Assembly: GCA_948485625.1 (NCBI GenBank)
Contig: CAOMRW010000007.1
Span: 10,117 to 74,116 of the forward strand
Direction: 5' to 3'
DNA: 64,000 nucleotides
Origin: an uncultured Clostridia bacterium
GTDB lineage: Bacteria; Bacillota; Clostridia; TANB77; CAG-508
Below, piece after piece: positions 9,249-16,704 of this stretch (positions are counted from its first letter, which is position 1; each line of letters starts with the position of its first letter). The translations under genes and the position numbers were made by a program. Under the pieces are notes generated by a model. The model was not told where the DNA came from and did no database searches. It saw only the letters and a list, made by a program, of their open reading frames with translations.

Positions 9249-9648
9249 TTTTATAACAACTTGTGAACTATAAAGTTTGTGAGTTGTTTTTTTGTATATT
9301 AAACTCAAAATATAATCAAAAGTATAACTTAAAAGAAATTAAACAAATTCTCATAAAATTAAAAGTTTAGCTTGCAAAACTATATTTTACTTAGGAAACA
9401 TATGAAAGTACATATTATCGTGTAACTTGCATGTTATACTGGCGGATTTCCTTTACAAATAATAATAGCTTAACACTTGTCATCAAGTATTAAGCTATTT
9501 AACTTTTCATCATAGGCTTAAACCTATGGCATTGGCATACCGCCTCAAATATCTATTTTTAGTATAGCATTTTCAAAACGATAAGTCAATCAAAATATAA
9601 AAATTTCTTCCTATATTTATATAACTATTATATGCAAAAAAGAGACTA

Positions 9649-10242
9649 TTATTGATTATTTTTTAATTTTTGCATTTTATAATGTATTGGTTCAAATATT
9701 TGCTCAAATAACTTATTATAAATTCTATCAAAGAATTGATTAGAAGTTTTACCAAGTCTTGAAATTACTCTATTTTTGTCAATATATTTAGCTTCATATA
9801 GCATAACAACTGTATTTCTTTGAAAACCATCATTAGTTGTTCCGACTTCAAATTCTGAATAAATATTACCATTTTTGTCTTTTCTTGGAGTACCACTTGA
9901 GCAAGGAACTATAAATATTTTAGTAGCAGTTTCTTTTATAACAATAGCAGGATGAATATATGCAAATTCTCTATCATAGTTATTCCAACCTAAATCAACC
10001 AAAAGAATTTCACCTAAACTATATTTAGTAAAGTTATTTTGCTGTGATGCCAATAAATGTTTTTCATTTGATTCTATCCATAAAGCAATTTCATAGGCAG
10101 ATTGTTCAGTTAGCTTAAATTCATAGTTTTTTAATGATGTAAAGAATTCTTTTTTTAGCTTTTCGTCTTGCATAAATTTTATATTTTTGAATTTAGTATC
10201 ATTTCTTTTTATGAGATTTATAATATTTTTATTTATATCCAT
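9649..10242 (-). CDS. PemK/MazF-like toxin domain protein with ~75-aa N-terminal extension
   Basis: GEILLVDLG...FAYIHPAIVI...IVPCSSG...TVVMLYEAKYIDKNRVISRLGKTS follows the MazF/PemK core pattern. No adjacent antitoxin ORF. Confidence 0.55.
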   Translation of the reverse strand: MDINKNIINLIKRNDTKFKNIKFMQDEKLKKEFFTSLKNYEFKLTEQSAYEIALWIESNEKHLLASQQNNFTKYSLGEILLVDLGWNNYDREFAYIHPAIVIKETATKIFIVPCSSGTPRKDKNGNIYSEFEVGTTNDGFQRNTVVMLYEAKYIDKNRVISRLGKTSNQFFDRIYNKLFEQIFEPIHYKMQKLKNNQ

Positions 10243-10271
10243 GTATATTTATCACTTCCTATTCTTTCCAA

Positions 10272-10300
10272 ATTATATAGTGTTTATAAGTAAAAGTCAA
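10272..10300 (-). promoter_or_regulatory. candidate sigma-A promoter of the MazF-like gene
   Basis: On the minus strand: TTGACT, 17-nt spacer, TATAAT, then RBS AGGAAGTGA before the ATG at 10242. Confidence 0.5.
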
Positions 10301-10424
10301 TATATTTCCAAACAAAAGTTTACAATACTTGTTCTAAAATATAATTTTGATATTGCTTTTTGCTTCTGAATTATCTATAATTAAGTCATAATTTAGAAAT
10401 AGAATAGGAGTACATAATGTAAAA

Positions 10425-10526
10425 ATGTATGATGAAGAAACTCTACTTAACTCTGATGAAAATTATGCAGAAGAAAATGGAGATGATCTTTCTACAATTC
10501 ATCATTTTTATCATAAATTATGTTAG
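10425..10526 (+). CDS. possible 33-aa acidic peptide
   Basis: MYDEETLLNSDENYAEENGDDLSTIHHFYHKLC*. It stops 4 nt before the terminator hairpin. Below the ORF-track size cut-off. Confidence 0.25.
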   Translation: MYDEETLLNSDENYAEENGDDLSTIHHFYHKLC

Positions 10527-10530
10527 ACAA

Positions 10531-10563
10531 AGAAAGAAGCGGAATAAAAAACCGCTTCTTTCT
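10531..10563. terminator. bidirectional terminator hairpin
   Basis: AGAAAGAAGCGG-aataaaaaa-CCGCTTCTTTCT between two convergent small ORFs. Confidence 0.75.
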
Positions 10564-10580
10564 ATGCTACAAATTTGTAG

Positions 10581-10733
10581 CTATTGTTGGCTACTTTTTT
10601 TCTTCTGGTCTGAAAAAGCACTTATCAAACCTGCTATGCAAAACAGTATTGATGGGATGTGAAAAACTGAATTGCTAGTAGTAGAAGCAAGAGTAGAAAA
10701 CATCATTCCAATACAGGTGAACATTACCCACAT
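10581..10733 (-). CDS. 50-aa hydrophobic peptide with basic tail (holin- or type-I-toxin-like shape)
   Basis: MWVMFTCIGMMFSTLASTTSNSVFHIPSILFCIAGLISAFSDQKKKSSQQ*. On the minus strand a TATAAT and RBS AAGGAG lie 9 nt before the ATG, and the terminator is immediately downstream. Not in the ORF track (under 60 aa). Confidence 0.45.
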   Translation of the reverse strand: MWVMFTCIGMMFSTLASTTSNSVFHIPSILFCIAGLISAFSDQKKKSSQQ

Positions 10734-10814
10734 AATAGTAAACTCCTTAGATTTTATACTTTAATTATACTATGTTTTTTATAAAAAATCAAATTATACA
10801 ATTTTATGTAAAAT

Positions 10815-11036
10815 GTGGTAATATATAGCTATATTAGTAAATTTGAAATGGAATTAAGACAATTTATGAAGAAGAAAATCAAAGTGAAAGATTTACTATC
10901 ATTATTCCAATACATGATGTTGGAGAACAAAAAAATGTACTTATTAAGTAGTTTTATAAAAGATAAAATATTTATTATTATTTTAGTATTATCTATATTT
11001 TCAACAATTTTAATAAATATAAAAATGAAAGAGTAA
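10815..11036 (+). CDS. hypothetical small membrane protein (73 aa)
   Basis: ORF with a C-terminal hydrophobic helix IFIIILVLSIFSTILI. No clear RBS, so a weak call. Confidence 0.25.
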   Translation: MVIYSYISKFEMELRQFMKKKIKVKDLLSLFQYMMLENKKMYLLSSFIKDKIFIIILVLSIFSTILINIKMKE

Positions 11037-11285
11037 ACAAGAATAGGAGTGTAAGAAATTTAAACGCACTCTAATTTTTTTTAGATTATATAGAAAAAAG
11101 TAAAAATAAAGTTATTAATTTATTTTAAAAATTCTAAATATTATTATTTTAGTAAACTCATCTTTATTTGTAATAAGTACTTTTTTATTGAGTAACAGAT
11201 AGATTTTGGAGGATAATTTCCTAATTGACTATATATTGTAAAAACGACTTTTATTTTACAATTATATTACATTTTTATAAAGTAT

Positions 11286-11314
11286 TTGACTAAAAAAATA
11301 CGCAATGATATAAT
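11286..11314 (+). promoter_or_regulatory. candidate sigma-A promoter of the cell-wall hydrolase operon
   Basis: TTGACT (11286-11291), 17-nt spacer, TATAAT (11309-11314). Confidence 0.55.
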
Positions 11315-11389
11315 AATATCGAAAAATATGGAAAAAAGTAACAAAGTGATAAATGTATAAAAAAACGGAAGATATGGAGGAATAAAAAT

Positions 11390-13078
11390 ATGAGAAAAAC
11401 AATAAAAATTATGTCACTAATTTTAATTCTAACAATGCTAATGACTGCTTTGATGCCAATATTCATTAGAAGCCATACATATGCAGTAACACAAAGTTTC
11501 AGCACAGATATAGAATCAATAGATAATTTAAAATACCCAGGAATAAAAGATAAAATAAAAACATTACAAAGCCAATATCCAAATTGGAAATTTAAAATAT
11601 TATATACAGGATTAAATTGGGATGAAGTTATATCAAATGAATTTGTAGGACATGGAGCATCTCCAAAGAATTTAGTATATAAATCATCAAATTATCAAGG
11701 AGAATGGATTTGTCCTATATGTGGAGATAAAGGATATGACAATGGAAGTTGGAAATGTGCATCTGAACAAGCAATAAAATATATGATGGATCCTAGAAAT
11801 CTTATAAATGCTTCTGATATATTCCAATTTGAAGAACTAACAAATTCAGGATATGATATAAATATAGTGAAGTCAATGACAAAAGGAACATTTCTTGCAG
11901 GACATGAACAAGGAATAATAGATGCAGCAAGTAATAATAATGTAAATGCTTATTATATAGTTGCAAGATTAATACAAGAACAAGGTGCTTCTGGTACAGT
12001 ATTAACATCAGGAGCTGGATATAATGGACAAAATGCAGGATATTACAATGCTTTCAATATTGCTGCTTCAGGAAATTCAACAGAACAGATTTTAGCAAAT
12101 GCCTTAGAATATGCTAAAAAGAAAGGTTGGACAACTTTAGAAAAATCAATAGATGGTGGAATAAGCTTTTTAGCAAAACAATATATACAAAAAGGACAAA
12201 ATACATTATATCTACAAAAATTTGATGTTGAAGCAACTAATGGATTATATTCAAATCAATATATGCAAAATATATTAGCTGCACAAAATGAAAGTATAAC
12301 TTTAAGAAATACATATATAAATATGAATGCTATGGCATCTTCACATACATTTATAATACCTGTATATGAAAATATGCCAAAAGAATCTTGCAAAAGACCT
12401 AATGAAAATGGAACTAGTAGTACAAATATAGATTTAGTAAAAGTAAATGTTGATGGTTCATTAAGAATAAGAAATACTCCAAATGGAGAAACAACTGTTG
12501 GATATTTATATGAAAACGAAATTGTTACTAGATTAGAAAAAGCAAATACTAAAGTTAATGGAACATATTGGGATAAGGTAAGAAAAGCTAATGGTGTAAT
12601 AGGATATGCTGCTAGAGAGACTTATGATAATGAAAGTAAGTACAAATTATATTTGGTACCAATAAATGGAAATAACTCAAGTAATCAGGCAGGGGATAAA
12701 GTGAAAATAGATGAGACTAAAAAGATTATAAATGTTATTCCTAATGCAATTGCTAATGATATATTAAATGCTTTTGGAGGGTCTGTAAAAATAACTAGAG
12801 CGGATGGAAGCTTATTGAATGGAGGAAACGATTTAGTAGCAACAGGATTTATAGTAGCTGATAAATATACTGTTGTGAAAAAAGGTGATTGTAATGCAGA
12901 TGGAAAAGTTGATACAGCAGATTTATTATTAGTTCAAAAGCAATTATTAAATATTTCACAAATAAAAGAAAAACCTAAAACAGAGGCAGCAGATACTAAT
13001 AATGATGGAAAAATAGATACAGCAGATTTATTAATAATACAGAAAAAATTGTTAAATATTTCTGATATACAAATTTAG
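11390..13078 (+). CDS. secreted N-acetylglucosaminidase (GH73-type) with SH3b-like domain and C-terminal dockerin
   Basis: Signal peptide. GH73-like IVARLIQEQGASG...YYNAFNI...YLQKFDV. SH3b-like LRIRNTPNGETTVGYLYENE...YWDKV. Two dockerin calcium-binding repeats DCNADGKVDTADLLLVQK and DTNNDGKIDTADLLIIQK. Confidence 0.75.
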   Translation: MRKTIKIMSLILILTMLMTALMPIFIRSHTYAVTQSFSTDIESIDNLKYPGIKDKIKTLQSQYPNWKFKILYTGLNWDEVISNEFVGHGASPKNLVYKSSNYQGEWICPICGDKGYDNGSWKCASEQAIKYMMDPRNLINASDIFQFEELTNSGYDINIVKSMTKGTFLAGHEQGIIDAASNNNVNAYYIVARLIQEQGASGTVLTSGAGYNGQNAGYYNAFNIAASGNSTEQILANALEYAKKKGWTTLEKSIDGGISFLAKQYIQKGQNTLYLQKFDVEATNGLYSNQYMQNILAAQNESITLRNTYINMNAMASSHTFIIPVYENMPKESCKRPNENGTSSTNIDLVKVNVDGSLRIRNTPNGETTVGYLYENEIVTRLEKANTKVNGTYWDKVRKANGVIGYAARETYDNESKYKLYLVPINGNNSSNQAGDKVKIDETKKIINVIPNAIANDILNAFGGSVKITRADGSLLNGGNDLVATGFIVADKYTVVKKGDCNADGKVDTADLLLVQKQLLNISQIKEKPKTEAADTNNDGKIDTADLLIIQKKLLNISDIQI

Positions 13079-13098
13079 TATAAGAGAAAGGGAATTAT

Positions 13099-14466
13099 AT
13101 GAAAAAAATAAAAAGTAAATTATTATTTATAATTTTAATGTTATTCTTAGGAGTAGTGTTTATAAATACAAATGTAAAAGCAGCAAGTGCTTCATTATCA
13201 GCTAGTAATATGAATCCTGAGGAAGGACAAACTGTAACTGTTACAGGTGTTGTAACAGCAGGAGCTTGGAATTTGAAACTTTCAGGAGCTGGAAAAAGTG
13301 AAACTATATATGGTTTTACACAAGCAAATGCAAATGCATCAGATTCTAAAAATATAAGTTTTGTAGCAGGAAGTGCAGGGACTAAATATACATTTACTTT
13401 AACAGGTGATATGACAGATATTAATGCTAATTCTTCAGAGCCAGTAAATAAGTCTATAACTATAACAGTAAAGTCAAAGACTCAATCAAATCAAGGTGGG
13501 CAGTCATCAACTAATACTCCAAACACATCAACGCCACCAACAAATACTGAAAAACCAAAAACACCAGAAAAATCAAAAGTAGCAACACTTTCAAATTTAG
13601 GAATAAAACCTAATGATTTTTCAGGATTTAAATCAAATAAATATTCTTATGATGTTGAAGTACCAAATGATGTAGAAAAAATAGAAATATACGCAAATAA
13701 AGGACAGAGTGCTCAAAAAATAACAGGTACAGGAACAAAAACATTACAAGAAGGAAAAAATACATTTAGTGTAGTAGTAACAGCAGAAGCTGGAAATACC
13801 CAAAACTACACAATAAATGTTACAAGAAAACAAAAACAAGAAGAAACACCAGTTGAAGGAAATCCAGAAGAAAATGTAGATGAAAATAAAGAAGAGACAC
13901 CTGAAGAAGAGCCAACAGATAAAACTTTTGGATTGACTTCATTAAAGATTGAGGGACTTGAAATTCAACCAGAATTTCAAACAGATGTATATGAATATAA
14001 ATTAGAATTAAAAGAAGATATTGATAAATTAGATATAACAACATTATCATCAGAAGCAAACTCAAATATAGAGATAACAGGAAATGAAAATCTAGTTGAA
14101 GGTGAAAATGTAATTACTATTATTGTAAAAAGTGAAAATGAAGAAAAAACAATAACATATCAATTGACAGTAAATAAAGTTATTAAGATAGAACAAGAAG
14201 AAAGTTTTATGGAAAATAAAAAAATTATTATATTGTCAGTAGCAGGAATAGTAATTTTAGTAATTGTTATAGGAATAGTAATTGCAAAATTAAGAAAAGA
14301 AAAAAGTTATGATTCTGAATATATTCCATATAATGGTTTAAATAATGATTATAATGAAACAAATGAAGATGTTTTTGAAAGCCAAGAAGAACAAACATAT
14401 GAAGAAGATATTAATGATGATGAATATAGAAAAAATAAACGTTCAAAAGGTAAAAGATTTAAGTAA
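13099..14466 (+). CDS. surface protein with cadherin-like beta-sandwich repeats and C-terminal TM anchor
   Basis: Signal peptide (VKA/AS). Two repeats of the form LSNLGIKPNDF...YSYDVEVPNDVEKIEI...NTQNYTINVTR and LTSLKIEGLEIQPEF...YEYKLEL...TYQLTVNK. TM helix IIILSVAGIVILVIVIGIVIA and a basic tail. Confidence 0.55.
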   Translation: MKKIKSKLLFIILMLFLGVVFINTNVKAASASLSASNMNPEEGQTVTVTGVVTAGAWNLKLSGAGKSETIYGFTQANANASDSKNISFVAGSAGTKYTFTLTGDMTDINANSSEPVNKSITITVKSKTQSNQGGQSSTNTPNTSTPPTNTEKPKTPEKSKVATLSNLGIKPNDFSGFKSNKYSYDVEVPNDVEKIEIYANKGQSAQKITGTGTKTLQEGKNTFSVVVTAEAGNTQNYTINVTRKQKQEETPVEGNPEENVDENKEETPEEEPTDKTFGLTSLKIEGLEIQPEFQTDVYEYKLELKEDIDKLDITTLSSEANSNIEITGNENLVEGENVITIIVKSENEEKTITYQLTVNKVIKIEQEESFMENKKIIILSVAGIVILVIVIGIVIAKLRKEKSYDSEYIPYNGLNNDYNETNEDVFESQEEQTYEEDINDDEYRKNKRSKGKRFK

Positions 14467-14521
14467 ATATAAGCAGAGTATATAACTCTGCTTAAAAAAT
14501 TCAAAAATAACAAAAATATGT

Positions 14522-14550
14522 TTGACATTTTTTTGTTTGTATGATATTAT
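14522..14550 (+). promoter_or_regulatory. candidate sigma-A promoter of lexA
   Basis: TTGACA (14522-14527), 17-nt spacer, TATTAT (14545-14550). Confidence 0.55.
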
Positions 14551-14577
14551 GTACAAAATAGAAATGGAGTGATATAT

Positions 14578-15228
14578 ATGCCAAGAAAAAGACCAGAATT
14601 AAATGGAAGAGAAAAATCAATATTAAGATATATTGAAAAACAAATAATGACAGCTGGATATCCACCATCAGTAAGAGAAATAGGAAAAGCTGTAGGTTTA
14701 AGTTCAACAGCAACAGTACATGGATATTTAGCAAGATTAGAAGACAAAGGATACATCAAAAAACAAGATAAAAAAGGAAGAACATTAAGACTATTAAAAG
14801 GAACAGATGGAGAAACAAAGAAAACATCTACAAAAGACTTTTATACACAAAAAGAATTAGTAGAAGTACCAGTAGTAGGAAGAATAACTGCAGGAGCACC
14901 AATATTAGCAGTAGAAAATATAACAGATACATTCCCAATACCAATAGATTTTGTTGGAAATTCAGATTGCTTTATGCTTACTGTTAGAGGAGAAAGCATG
15001 ATAGAAGCTGGAATATTAGATGGAGACTATATATTAGTTAGAAAACAAAAAGACGCAAACAATGGAGAAATAGTTGTAGCATTAATAGAAGATGAAGCAA
15101 CAGTAAAAACATTTTATAAAGAAAAAGACCATATCAGATTACAACCTGAAAACAGCACAATGGACCCAATAATAGTTCCAACATGTGAAATTTTAGGAAA
15201 AGTATGTGGTGTATTTAGAAAAATGTAA
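14578..15228 (+). CDS. lexA: LexA repressor
   Basis: N-terminal wHTH ([34 protein letters not shown]). Ala-Gly cleavage site (RITAGAP). Ser/Lys dyad context (RGESM...ATVKTF). ATG at 14578 follows GGAG. Confidence 0.93.
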   Translation: MPRKRPELNGREKSILRYIEKQIMTAGYPPSVREIGKAVGLSSTATVHGYLARLEDKGYIKKQDKKGRTLRLLKGTDGETKKTSTKDFYTQKELVEVPVVGRITAGAPILAVENITDTFPIPIDFVGNSDCFMLTVRGESMIEAGILDGDYILVRKQKDANNGEIVVALIEDEATVKTFYKEKDHIRLQPENSTMDPIIVPTCEILGKVCGVFRKM

Positions 15229-15260
15229 TTTTACACTATAGCTTTAATTAGGAGATATAA

Positions 15261-15899
15261 ATGATTAAAAGAGTGATATTTGATATAGATGATACTCTTA
15301 TTCCATGGGAAAAAGAATATGACAAAGAAATAAATAAAGCGTTAGACGAATTAAAAATAACATATACAGATGAAGAAGTAAAGCAAATATTAAAAGCATT
15401 ATCTGAATATGAAAATGTATATTATACATTTAACAAAGAAAAAATGGCAGAATACATAAATGGATATACAAAAAAAGAATATCCAAAAGAATTAATATAT
15501 AATATTATTAAAAAATGGGAAGACTGTGTACAAGAAGAAATAGAACAAGAAATAATAGAGACATTAGAATATTTGAAATCAAAATATGAAATAGTATCAT
15601 TAACAGATTGGTATGCGGATAGTCAAGAAAAAAGACTAAAAAAGCTAGGAATTGATAAATATTTTAAAACTATATATTCAGCAGAAAATACAAAAAGAAA
15701 ACCATTTAAAGAAGCTTTTTTACAAGCAATAGGAGAAAATAAACCAGAAGAATGTATAATGATTGGAGATAATTTGGAAAGAGATATAAAAGGAGCTTTA
15801 AATGCTGGACTTCAAGCTGTTTACTATGCAAAAAATAAAATGGAAGAAAAAGAATATTATACAATTTCTAAAATAGAAGAATTAATAAAAATATTATAA
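15261..15899 (+). CDS. HAD-superfamily hydrolase
   Basis: Motif I FDIDDTL, motif III K (TKRKP), motif IV IGDNLERDIKGA. Confidence 0.75.
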   Translation: MIKRVIFDIDDTLIPWEKEYDKEINKALDELKITYTDEEVKQILKALSEYENVYYTFNKEKMAEYINGYTKKEYPKELIYNIIKKWEDCVQEEIEQEIIETLEYLKSKYEIVSLTDWYADSQEKRLKKLGIDKYFKTIYSAENTKRKPFKEAFLQAIGENKPEECIMIGDNLERDIKGALNAGLQAVYYAKNKMEEKEYYTISKIEELIKIL

Positions 15900-15925
15900 T
15901 TTACAAAAAATTCACATAAAAATCA

Positions 15926-15974
15926 TTGACAAAATGGCACTGGGTTACATATAATAAATGACACGGTGTCATTT
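15926..15974 (+). promoter_or_regulatory. promoter plus palindromic operator upstream of the TetR-ABC operon
   Basis: TTGACA (15926-15931), 18-nt spacer, TATAAT (15950-15955). Immediately followed by the 9-1-9 perfect palindrome AAATGACAC-G-GTGTCATTT (15956-15974). Confidence 0.6.
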
Positions 15975-16009
15975 ATGTTGTTTAATACTAAACTTAAGAG
16001 GTGAGAAAA

Positions 16010-16615
16010 ATGCCAAAAGAAACATTTTTAAAACTTTCAGAAGAAAAGAAAGAAAAAATAATATTGGCAGCAAAAAAAGAATTTGCAAGAGTATCATTAG
16101 AACAAGTATCAATAAAAAATATAGTAGAAGATGCAAAAATAGCAAGAGGAAGTTTTTATCAATATTTTGAGGATAAAGAAGATTTATTAGGGTATATTCT
16201 AAGTATGCACTTTAAAGAAATAAGAGAAAAAATGAAAGAAAATATAAAAAGAGCAAATGGAGATATTTTTGAATTTTTTATATCAATATATGACCTAATG
16301 ACTGATAATTGTTTAGAAAACAAAGATATGGAATTTTATAAAAAGATATTTGAAAATATAAGAACAAGTGAAGACTATTTGTTTTCAAAGAATATAATAA
16401 AAGATAAACCATTACAAATAAAAGAATTTATAGAAGATATTGATATAAGCAAATTGAGAATTAAATCAAAACAAGACCTTGATATAATTGAAAAAGTTTT
16501 ATTTGCTGTAACAAATAAAGCAATAGTCATGAGATTTAGATATGAATCAAAAGAAAAAGCTAGAGAAGACTATTTAAAGCAAATTGAATTATTGAAGTAT
16601 GGTATTTTGTTTTAA
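16010..16615 (+). CDS. TetR/AcrR family transcriptional regulator
   Basis: N-terminal HTH (SIKNIVEDAKIARGSFYQYFEDKEDLL). ATG at 16010 follows AGAGGTGAG; the track start at 16001 is a GTG. Confidence 0.85.
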   Translation: MPKETFLKLSEEKKEKIILAAKKEFARVSLEQVSIKNIVEDAKIARGSFYQYFEDKEDLLGYILSMHFKEIREKMKENIKRANGDIFEFFISIYDLMTDNCLENKDMEFYKKIFENIRTSEDYLFSKNIIKDKPLQIKEFIEDIDISKLRIKSKQDLDIIEKVLFAVTNKAIVMRFRYESKEKAREDYLKQIELLKYGILF

Positions 16616-16640
16616 TAGAAACTTATATTAAATAAAGATA

Positions 16641-16689
16641 TGTCCCCAATGGGACAAAAATGTCCCAAAAGAAACGTCCCTTTGGGACA
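16641..16689 (+). repeat. 49-bp hairpin repeat (family A), identical inverted copy at 56214-56262
   Basis: TGTCCC-caat-GGGACA aaaa TGTCCCAAA-agaaACGTCCC-TTTGGGACA. The exact reverse complement occurs at 56214-56262. Ends 1 nt before the RBS AGAGGAGG. Confidence 0.95.
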
Positions 16690-16704
16690 AAGAGGAGGAG
16701 AATA

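Noticed and set aside
10429-10662. 77-aa plus-strand ORF
   Set aside because: It has no RBS, it reads straight through the GC-rich terminator hairpin, and it overlaps the better-supported convergent 50-aa gene.
9249-11389. tRNA-Leu-associated genomic island with defined ends
   Set aside because: I saw no integrase gene and no direct repeat of the tRNA 3' end downstream. Only the qualitative statement about orphan small ORFs and a solo toxin is kept.
14495-14577. LexA (SOS) box upstream of lexA
   Set aside because: I looked for GAAC-N4-GTTC-like dyads. Only AACAAAAATATGTTT (8-nt spacing) and TTTGTA-N10-TACAAA are present, and neither fits the Firmicute consensus, so no operator is claimed.
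15958-16170. 70-aa basic ORF overlapping the start of the TetR gene
   Set aside because: It is in a different frame from a gene with a clear TetR HTH, it starts inside the operator palindrome, and its Lys/Arg-rich product is an artefact.
16641-16689. GGGACA-type repeats as a possible CRISPR array
   Set aside because: There are no regularly spaced direct repeats with unique spacers. The units are inverted (hairpins), isolated at gene boundaries, and no cas genes are present.
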